Source: a virus
DNA: 45,323 nt
Direction: 5' to 3' (one strand)
IMG/VR virus record: IMGVR_UViG_3300037714_000078
Location: 1 to 45,323 of that record
Positions 16,201 through 22,993 of the stretch are shown here, in pieces. The translations under genes and the position numbers were made by a program. Positions within the stretch are counted from its first letter, which is position 1. Every line of letters begins with the position of its first letter. The notes below the pieces were generated by a model that saw only the letters and a program-made list of their open reading frames with translations, was not told the DNA's origin and made no database searches.

Positions 16201-16655
16201 CGAAGATGCCAGGAGACTGGAAGGCCCGAGGCGGACCCCGGCGGATCGAGATCCACGACAAGGGCTACGAGACCATCGCGGTCCTGCTTCGTGGGTCCAG
16301 CCGTAACGCCAGCTGGTACATCATCGAGTGGGGTGGCAAGGCAACCGTCCACGACAAGAGGCCATTCGAGTCGCCCGAGGCCGCCGCTCAGTGGCTGTGG
16401 GACTGGTCCCACGGTCCGGTGGAGAAGCGCAAGAGCGTGCCTCACAATTGGGTGGCCGAGAAGACCGGCTACACCGAGTCGGGCGTGTGGCGGATGCGTC
16501 AGCCCGGCGACCGGGAGCCCACCTTGGAGCGGATGCGCAGGGTGGAGAAGGTCTTCGGCTGGGAACTGTGCGACCAGATCAACCTCGGCCCCGGCGAGTG
16601 GGTCGAAGGATTCGAGCGCGTAATCCAGGAGGCGTATGACAATGAGCAGCGTTGA
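16188..16655 (+). CDS. HTH DNA-binding protein (XRE-like C-terminal half)
   Basis: NWVAEKTGYTESGVWRMRQPGDREPTLERMRRVEKVFG resembles a Cro/C1-type HTH. The start is uncertain (GTG 16188 or ATG 16206). Confidence 0.5.
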   Translation: MVQVTKMPGDWKARGGPRRIEIHDKGYETIAVLLRGSSRNASWYIIEWGGKATVHDKRPFESPEAAAQWLWDWSHGPVEKRKSVPHNWVAEKTGYTESGVWRMRQPGDREPTLERMRRVEKVFGWELCDQINLGPGEWVEGFERVIQEAYDNEQR

Positions 16656-16809
16656 GCCAACCAAGCCCCTTCTGTGTGAGATGTGTCAGCACGCCGCACA
16701 TTCGGGCGGCGACTGTGAGGTGATCGTGGGGTATGACCACATGAATGGCGACCATGAATGCGGCTGTCCCGGACCCGACGAGGAGACCAGCAATGACGAC
16801 CGAGGCTGA
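16636..16809 (+). CDS. hypothetical 57-aa Cys/His-rich protein
   Basis: Hand translation MTMSSVEPTKPLLCEMCQHAAHSGGDCEV...HECGCPGP. A GGAGG lies upstream. Confidence 0.5.
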   Translation: MTMSSVEPTKPLLCEMCQHAAHSGGDCEVIVGYDHMNGDHECGCPGPDEETSNDDRG

Positions 16810-17101
16810 CATCTTCGAGCCATACTCGGCCTACGAGCGCGTGGTGGAGGTGCTCACCCACGAGGGGTGGGGCAACATCATCGCCGACCCGCTGACGTGG
16901 AAGCCGGAGCTCGTGCCGAAGGACGTCGGGCTGCAGTTCTCGGTCTCGGTCGACCAGAAGGCTCACCGGCTGAACGTGATCGCTCGCCGAGACGGCCGAC
17001 TGGCTGACACCTTCAGCCTGTCCACCAACACCGGGGTGACCGTCACCCTCTCGCTCATCACCGACATGATGCGCGCCGCCAAGACAGGAGAGATCGCCTG
17101 A
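16793..17101 (+). CDS. hypothetical protein (102 aa)
   Basis: ATG preceded by GAGGAG, within track ORF 16745..17101. Confidence 0.6.
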   Translation: MTTEADIFEPYSAYERVVEVLTHEGWGNIIADPLTWKPELVPKDVGLQFSVSVDQKAHRLNVIARRDGRLADTFSLSTNTGVTVTLSLITDMMRAAKTGEIA

Positions 17102-17262
17102 TGGACCCGAAGCTTCAGCCCTGGACGCCGTCGTACGCGCCACGTCGTGGCCGTGTGCAGCGTCGCCGGATCAACTGGAGGACGGTGGGCCTCTACCTGG
17201 CCACCGTCGTCTGTGTGGTCTACCTGATCGCCATGTGGTGGGTCGGGAGGAGCGGATCGTGA
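17101..17262 (+). CDS. small membrane protein (53 aa)
   Basis: ...WRTVGLYLATVVCVVYLIAMWWVG. TGATG overlap. Confidence 0.5.
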   Translation: MDPKLQPWTPSYAPRRGRVQRRRINWRTVGLYLATVVCVVYLIAMWWVGRSGS

Positions 17263-17591
17263 GCAAGTACATAGTCACTGGCCCAGTGGGCAGCGTGCTG
17301 AACGAAATCGCCGCTGAGCGTCTTCGGCAAGATGAGAAGTGGGGCGAGCAGAACCACCCAAACGGTACGGGCCCCACGATCTCTCGACTGAACGACGTTG
17401 ATCGGGCGCGTAAGAATTGCGACTACGCCAGACAGAGCGGCACGGCCACCTGGCGTCACATCCTCACCGAGGAGGTGGCCGAAGCGTATGTTGAGTCTGA
17501 CCGAGCAAAGCTCCGTGCTGAGCTGATCCAAGTGGCCGCCGTCGCTGTTGCCTGGGTTGAGTCCATCGACCGATCCGGGGAGCAGCGATGA
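17259..17591 (+). CDS. MazG-like nucleotide pyrophosphohydrolase (putative)
   Basis: ERLRQDEKWGEQ and ILTEEVAEAYVE resemble the EExxE-type all-alpha NTP-PPase fold. Confidence 0.5.
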   Translation: MSKYIVTGPVGSVLNEIAAERLRQDEKWGEQNHPNGTGPTISRLNDVDRARKNCDYARQSGTATWRHILTEEVAEAYVESDRAKLRAELIQVAAVAVAWVESIDRSGEQR

Positions 17592-18199
17592 CGACCCGAC
17601 TGGATGCCATCGGGCTACGGCACGGGACCGACAAGGCCAGCGACGGCCACGACTACCTGAAGATCTACCAGGGGATCATGCCGGTCCTGCGGCCGGTCAG
17701 GCTGCTGGAGATCGGCTGGTTCGACGGGGCCTCGATGAAGACGTGGCGTTCCTATCTCCACGAGGAATCCACGATCGTCGGGGTGGACATCGAGCCGAAG
17801 AAGTCGATCGGCGGCGTGCACTTCCGCCGAGCTGACGCGACGAGTCTTGAGATCGTCCCCATGGCCGAGGAGTTCGGTCCGTTCGACTTCATCATCGACG
17901 ACGGCTCCCACCTCTCGCCGGACGTGATCGCATCGTTCATCCTGCTGTGGTCCCACGTCGCGCCCGGTGGCTACTACATCGTGGAGGACCTGCACGTCTC
18001 CTACCATCCCGACTGGCAGGGGTTCGACCACCCGACCAAGCCAGGGCCGCATGGTGAGACCTCGATGCAGTTCCTGAAGCGGGTCGCCGATGACGTCCAC
18101 TTCGGTCACTCCGGAGCTGGCCCCGCCGGCCGACACTTCGCCGACGTCGCCTCGATTGCGTTCTACCCCGGCGTGGCGATCATCCGGAAGGCCGAGTGA
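17588..18199 (+). CDS. class I SAM-dependent methyltransferase (sugar/natural-product O-methyltransferase-like)
   Basis: HGTDKASDGHDYLKIY at the N-terminus, LLEIGWFDGAS (motif I-like) and FIIDDGSH. Confidence 0.6.
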   Translation: MTTRLDAIGLRHGTDKASDGHDYLKIYQGIMPVLRPVRLLEIGWFDGASMKTWRSYLHEESTIVGVDIEPKKSIGGVHFRRADATSLEIVPMAEEFGPFDFIIDDGSHLSPDVIASFILLWSHVAPGGYYIVEDLHVSYHPDWQGFDHPTKPGPHGETSMQFLKRVADDVHFGHSGAGPAGRHFADVASIAFYPGVAIIRKAE

Positions 18200-18402
18200 T
18201 GAGCCGCCGGACTATCGAGGAGATGGAGCAAGCAGCCTTCTACCAAGAGCACTATTCAGACTGGACCGTGCACGCCCTACGCCTGACGGTGTACGTGCCC
18301 CTGACAGAGGACAGCACCGAGGCAGACTCTCTTGCACTGGTCCGAGAGATCCTCGACGACGCTGCTTTCGATATCCGCGTGTCGGTAATCCAAGAGGACT
18401 GA
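18196..18402 (+). CDS. hypothetical protein (68 aa); last rightward gene
   Basis: Track ORF. Confidence 0.6.
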   Translation: MMSRRTIEEMEQAAFYQEHYSDWTVHALRLTVYVPLTEDSTEADSLALVREILDDAAFDIRVSVIQED

Positions 18403-18411
18403 TCCGGGGTT

Positions 18412-18440
18412 GAGCCGGCTGGATACTCTCCAGCCGGCTC
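18412..18440. terminator. bidirectional terminator between the convergent early and late/lysis arms
   Basis: GAGCCGGCTGG (18412-18422) pairs with CCAGCCGGCTC (18430-18440), followed by TCGCGTTTTC. Confidence 0.8.
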
Positions 18441-18448
18441 TCGCGTTT

Positions 18449-19822
18449 TCAGATCTCGTAGTCGAAGATTTTGAAGTAGTGCGTGTCGGATCCCTGCTTG
18501 CCCAGGTTGGCGGACCCCGTCTTCTTGAGGTCATCAGTGACGACCATGTCGGGGGCCTTGCCGTCGACCGTGGCACCAGTCGGGGTGCCGATCTTGGCCA
18601 CCACCTTGTCGAAGGACTGGTTGTAGTCGCCGCCCGCCAGCGCAGGGTACGGAGAGGTCTCGATCCAGTCCACGATCGCAGCGTTAAACTCGGCGACCGC
18701 CTCAGCCCCGAACGGGCCGTGCACGTCCAGCAGACGTACATCCTTGCCCTCGACCTCGATGGTGACCGTGATCGGGGCACGGGGATCGTGCAGAGCACCG
18801 ACCTTGGGGCCCTTCCACGTCTCCCCCAAGTCCAGCAGAGCCTTGAACTGCACCGCCACGTCGTTGCGCACCAGCACGGTGTTGCTAGACGTCTCGATGA
18901 CGTGGCCCTCGTGGATCCGCTTGGGGGCGAACTGGATCACCTGGTAGCCCGGGATAGCCCACTTGCCGTACATCTGCGCCGTCTCCTGGAGCAGTACGGC
19001 GTGAGGCCGGTGCTTGGCCAGCAGAGCGCTGTAGGTCTTGTTGACCTCGGCGATAGCCCGCTTGACGTAGACGTTGTGGGTAGCCACCCGGACCTTGACC
19101 TTGGCCGGGGGCTTGGGTGGTGCGGGGACCTCGAAGCGGTACATGATCTGCAGGCCGTCTCCACCGAGCGACTTCTCGTCCGGCGTGGTGAGCCGGCCTG
19201 TGCCTCCGTGCTTGGTCTCGTAGGCCTTCCACGCGGCGAGCGTCTTCGGACCTACGTAGCCATCCACAGGCAGGTTCGCGCCTGCCTTGACGTTGAGCGC
19301 GTTCTGGATGGCCGCGACGCCGTGGTAGCGCTTGGGCTCGCCAGCGCGAACACCGGCGGCCTTCTGGAACTCCTGCTGCACCAGTGCGAGGTTGGAGACC
19401 ACGTCCGGGTTCCACTGCCATACGCGCTTCTCCGGGGCGAGCCAACGACTGGTGTCGCGCCAGGCGGTGAGGTTCTCCTGCACGCTGACGTGGATGTGAC
19501 CGGTGTGCGGGTTGCCGGTGTACGCGCGAGCGCGCCAGCCGTAGGTCCGCGACCAGATGACGCCCTTGTGGATGACGTACCAGACCCGGTGATCACCGAT
19601 CACCGCGTCGAGCACCTGCCGAGCCAGGCTGCGGCCGGCGTCGTTGTCGTCGATGTCCAGGTCCAGCCCACGCACCGCACCGGAGTCGGTGGGGTTGTGG
19701 CTGGAGAACCGGGTGGCGTGGCTGTCGTCGCCGATCCACCCGTCGCTGGACTTGTCGCGCTTCGGGAATCGCGCGTTGACCTCGTTGCGCAGGGCAACGA
19801 GCGAGGGGACGAGGTAGGCCAT
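18449..19822 (-). CDS. endolysin: M15/VanY-like peptidase + PG_binding_1 + C-terminal endonuclease/exonuclease/phosphatase (EEP) domain
   Basis: SSHNPTDSGAVRGLDLD and HTGHIHVS indicate an M15-type Zn peptidase. VDGYVGPKTLAAWKAY indicates a peptidoglycan-binding repeat. VATHNVY, AVLLQE, GGDYN and GSDTH match the EEP motifs. Confidence 0.75.
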   Translation of the reverse strand: MAYLVPSLVALRNEVNARFPKRDKSSDGWIGDDSHATRFSSHNPTDSGAVRGLDLDIDDNDAGRSLARQVLDAVIGDHRVWYVIHKGVIWSRTYGWRARAYTGNPHTGHIHVSVQENLTAWRDTSRWLAPEKRVWQWNPDVVSNLALVQQEFQKAAGVRAGEPKRYHGVAAIQNALNVKAGANLPVDGYVGPKTLAAWKAYETKHGGTGRLTTPDEKSLGGDGLQIMYRFEVPAPPKPPAKVKVRVATHNVYVKRAIAEVNKTYSALLAKHRPHAVLLQETAQMYGKWAIPGYQVIQFAPKRIHEGHVIETSSNTVLVRNDVAVQFKALLDLGETWKGPKVGALHDPRAPITVTIEVEGKDVRLLDVHGPFGAEAVAEFNAAIVDWIETSPYPALAGGDYNQSFDKVVAKIGTPTGATVDGKAPDMVVTDDLKKTGSANLGKQGSDTHYFKIFDYEI

Positions 19823-19947
19823 TACTTGTCCTCTTCCGCGATCATCGGGTCATCGACGAAGTCGCCGACAGCCTCGTCCGGGTCCTCAGCGCCCTCCGGG
19901 ACGGCGATGACCTCAGGGATGTCCGGCTCTTCGGTGGGGTTGCTCAT
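19822..19947 (-). CDS. hypothetical 41-aa highly acidic protein
   Basis: Hand translation MSNPTEEPDIPEVIAVPEGAEDPDEAVGDFVDDPMIAEEDK. It overlaps both neighbours' start and stop codons. Confidence 0.5.
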   Translation of the reverse strand: MSNPTEEPDIPEVIAVPEGAEDPDEAVGDFVDDPMIAEEDK

Positions 19948-20201
19948 GATCCGTCAGCTCCTGTCGTGATCTTGTAACCCTCGGCGTCGGTGCCGGTGAC
20001 GTTGCCCTGCGCGGTGAGCCCGGTGTAGGTCCACAGCGCGGCGAGCGCAGCCACGGTGATGTTGAACCAGCCGGGGATGTCGTTGATGCCGTAGACCCCG
20101 ATCAGGACCGGGGTGGCCACGACGGTGGCACCAGTGGTGATCCACTGGCCCAGCAGGAATCCTTCGCGCACCCGGGGGTGCTTGTTCAGCGGGTTGTACA
20201 T
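19944..20201 (-). CDS. holin-like membrane protein (two predicted TM helices)
   Basis: Hydrophobic stretches FLLGQWITTGATVVATPVLIGVYGI and WFNITVAALAALWTYTGL. It is adjacent to the lysin. Confidence 0.6.
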   Translation of the reverse strand: MYNPLNKHPRVREGFLLGQWITTGATVVATPVLIGVYGINDIPGWFNITVAALAALWTYTGLTAQGNVTGTDAEGYKITTGADGS

Positions 20202-20202
20202 A

Positions 20203-21264
20203 TCATTGCCTTCCTGTCCACGCGCGAGCCCAGTCGGCCGCGCGGTCCTGCAGAATCCAGCCGTTGGCCCAGAGAGCAGCGGTCTGCTTCTCGACCTGCT
20301 CGGCTCGTGCCTCTGGATCGGCCAGCCGGTTGATGTGTCGGAGCCAGTCCTCCGGCGTCTCGGCGATCGCGATGGGGACCTCCATCCCGAACTCGATGTT
20401 CGCCGGGCTGGGGCTCGCGATCACCGCCGAGCCGGTGGCTGCCATCTCCAGCGCCTTCAGACTGGACTTCGCCCGGTTGAACTCCGCCGAGCTGCCCTCC
20501 AGCGAGAGCGGGACGAGCCCGATGTCCAGCTCGGCCAGCCGGCGGTAGTAGTCCATCCCGAGGTTGGCCGTCGGCAGGTTCTCCACCTTGGTCCTCCAGC
20601 GCTTGGAGACCTTGTACGCATCGCCGATGACCGCCGGGCGGATCGCGCCGGCTGCGGCGGCCTGTGCCACCGCTGAGCCGACCACAGCCGGATCGTGGGG
20701 GTGGGTCGCCATGAAGCCCGCCCAGCCCGCCAGCGGCGCTCCTGTGCGTACGGCGGCCGAGCGTGCATCCAGAGCCATGGCTGGGATCCGGTTGGGCAGC
20801 ACATCCACCCGTCCGTGGCCGCCGTAGTGCTCGGCGAGCGCCGGCGTCGTGACGGTGACGAAGTCGGCCATCTCGGCCACCTGGTCGCAGACCTTCCAGT
20901 GAGCCCGTCGGCCACCGAAGGCGGCCGGGGTGTTCCAGGATCCGTACGAGCTGTTGGCCGGATCCAGCGCCCACATCGCATCGTCCATGTCCATGACGAT
21001 CCGAGTGCCCTGTTCCTGCAGCCAGGTGAGCATCCGGGCCACGACCGGGAGCCCGACGCGCTGGGTCACCAGGACATCGAGGTCCTCGTGGTCGAGCCCG
21101 TGGATCCGGATCTCACCACGAGGCAGGGACTCGATCTTCACCCGGCGGGGGTCGTAGACCTTCACCGACCAGCCCGGGTGCAGCCGCCGGATCGCGTCGG
21201 CCGCCCAGATCAGTCGGTAGTGCCCGCAGGCCCCCGTGTCAGCTGGAAGGATCGCTATCTTCAC
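20203..21264 (-). CDS. glycosyltransferase (GT-B fold, GT4-like)
   Basis: 353 aa. The N-terminus KIAILPADTGACGHYR is typical of Rossmann-type GT-B enzymes. The C-terminus has a donor-binding-like SLKALEMAATGSAVIAS. GTG 21264 lies 5 nt after AGGAGA. Confidence 0.6.
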   Translation of the reverse strand: MKIAILPADTGACGHYRLIWAADAIRRLHPGWSVKVYDPRRVKIESLPRGEIRIHGLDHEDLDVLVTQRVGLPVVARMLTWLQEQGTRIVMDMDDAMWALDPANSSYGSWNTPAAFGGRRAHWKVCDQVAEMADFVTVTTPALAEHYGGHGRVDVLPNRIPAMALDARSAAVRTGAPLAGWAGFMATHPHDPAVVGSAVAQAAAAGAIRPAVIGDAYKVSKRWRTKVENLPTANLGMDYYRRLAELDIGLVPLSLEGSSAEFNRAKSSLKALEMAATGSAVIASPSPANIEFGMEVPIAIAETPEDWLRHINRLADPEARAEQVEKQTAALWANGWILQDRAADWARAWTGRQ

Positions 21265-21949
21265 CCGTGTCTCCTGTCGGTTTCTCTGAGCACTGTTCAA
21301 CCACGTCAGGTTTGGTCATCACGCATTCGTAGGTAGTCGAGGGCCAGATCGGGGGGTTCTCGGGAACCACGAAGGCAAACGTAAACGGGTAGGCACTCTG
21401 CCCACGCGGCCCCTCTACAGTGTCACCCTTCTCGCCCTTCAGCGACGCGAGCCACTCCCCGATCGTGCCCTGAAATCCGGTGCCCACCGCCAGCTCGTAC
21501 GCCGACAGGCCGTTCGCACCGTCTGCGCCGTCGACAGCTACGGCATCGGCCCCGTCCTTGCCGTCCTGTCCTGGCTTCCCGTCCTGGCCGTTTCGCCCAG
21601 GCTTGCCATCCTGGCCGTCCTTACCGTCACGGCCGTCGTCTCCAGCGATCACGACCGGAGGGACGACCGGGTCAGCTTCGACGTTCTTCTCGACGACCTT
21701 GGCCTTGTCGCAGATGCTGCCCGTGAACGCCCCGGAGTCGCACTCCGCCTGGACGTGCTCGGCGAGGTCCCGAGCATCGTCGTCCCGGGACTCCTGCCGG
21801 ATGAAGAGCAGCGCCACCAGCACGGCGAGAATCGCCAGCCCGACGAGCTGACCGACTCGCGTGATCTGGAGCCACCGATGGGTCTTCGGATCGCGGCTGT
21901 GGGCCACGGCGTGCTCCACCGCGTGCTGCTCGATCTCCTCGTCAGTCAC
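21239..21949 (-). CDS. membrane-anchored collagen-like repeat protein
   Basis: TM helix VGQLVGLAILAVLVALLFI. Gly-X-Y run GDDGRDGKDGQDGKPGRNGQDGKPGQDGKDG (DNA 21551-21643). This is followed by LSAYELAVGTGFQGTIGEWLASLKGEKGD, a motif common in phage fibre proteins. Confidence 0.7.
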   Translation of the reverse strand: MTDEEIEQHAVEHAVAHSRDPKTHRWLQITRVGQLVGLAILAVLVALLFIRQESRDDDARDLAEHVQAECDSGAFTGSICDKAKVVEKNVEADPVVPPVVIAGDDGRDGKDGQDGKPGRNGQDGKPGQDGKDGADAVAVDGADGANGLSAYELAVGTGFQGTIGEWLASLKGEKGDTVEGPRGQSAYPFTFAFVVPENPPIWPSTTYECVMTKPDVVEQCSEKPTGDTGEDSDPSS

Positions 21950-22187
21950 GATACCGCTCCTCCATGCAGGCCTCGTACCGAGACTTCCAGTAGACGATCT
22001 GCTCGTCCTTGAACTGTATCCGCTCCTCGTGAACCAGATGTTCCTTCTGGATCACCTGCTGGGCAGAGTCCTCTGCGGACTTGGCCTTCTCCCGGTTGGT
22101 GTTCATCCGGCCTACGAAGACGTTCCCGAGGGTGGCGACGGCGACTCCCGCAAACGAGGCTATGGCAGCGATTACGAGCGGGTCCAC
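21942..22187 (-). CDS. membrane protein with N-terminal TM helix and coiled-coil tail (lysis-associated?)
   Basis: MDPLVIAAIASFAGVAVATLGNVFVG, then a charged helical region. Confidence 0.55.
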   Translation of the reverse strand: MDPLVIAAIASFAGVAVATLGNVFVGRMNTNREKAKSAEDSAQQVIQKEHLVHEERIQFKDEQIVYWKSRYEACMEERYRD

Positions 22188-22211
22188 CGCTCACCTCCCC
22201 GGGGATCATGA

Positions 22212-22544
22212 CTACTCTGTGGCGGGCGGGTACGGCTGATAACGAAGGTTGAAGTTCTCGACTCCCTCCACCCAGAGCCGAATCACGGTGTTGTCTTTGC
22301 TGGCGAGGGCATAGCCCCCGAGGTCAGTGTCCACTGCGTAGTGGTCTGTGCCCGCGTCGGTGGTCACCGTGAATTTGAGCCACATGGTGTTTCCCACAAG
22401 CTCGATTCGGACGTTGGTGAACGACGTGTTGCCGGAGACAAGCTCGTTGTCCGTCAGCGCAGCCACCCAGGAGTCCGCGTCTTCCTGGGTGTTGATCTGC
22501 TGCGCTTCGAAGACAGGGACAGGTTTGTGGGTGCAGAGGACCAT
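22212..22544 (-). CDS. hypothetical protein (110 aa)
   Basis: ATG 22544 lies 9 nt after AGGAGA, within track ORF 22212..22577. Confidence 0.6.
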   Translation of the reverse strand: MVLCTHKPVPVFEAQQINTQEDADSWVAALTDNELVSGNTSFTNVRIELVGNTMWLKFTVTTDAGTDHYAVDTDLGGYALASKDNTVIRLWVEGVENFNLRYQPYPPATE

Positions 22545-22555
22545 GTGAATCTCTC

Positions 22556-22993
22556 CTAGTCGTTGAGGTAGGCGCACGCTACCGGAATGCTTGGTACGGC
22601 GTCCTCCGGCTGAACGATGATCTCCCCGGAGGTGTTAACCCAGAACCGGCCGCCTGAGTTGGTCCCATTCGACCCTGCCGCCGCGAACATGACCAGAGGA
22701 TTCGGACGAAATCCCGCAGGGATGTCAGCCACGGTGTACTGAGTGTTGGCTGCGAAGTCCGCAGAAGGGGTCCGGGCTACGCGACCTCGAATGTAGACCG
22801 CGTGACCGATCCGACGGTATCGCACGGACTCACCCGAGAAGGTGAATCCCGTGCGGAAGGTGACATCGATCCACCCGGAGTCGTAGTGCGGGCCGTTGAC
22901 ATCGGTGGTGCTGGCGTGTGCGTCCACCGTGCTGGTGATCGCGCTGTTGATCCCAGCCATGGATGGGACATCTGACGGCTGCAGCAAGGCCAT
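22556..22993 (-). CDS. minor tail protein (putative)
   Basis: Track ORF immediately downstream of the tail-tip gene, with a 1-nt overlap. Confidence 0.45.
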   Translation of the reverse strand: MALLQPSDVPSMAGINSAITSTVDAHASTTDVNGPHYDSGWIDVTFRTGFTFSGESVRYRRIGHAVYIRGRVARTPSADFAANTQYTVADIPAGFRPNPLVMFAAAGSNGTNSGGRFWVNTSGEIIVQPEDAVPSIPVACAYLND

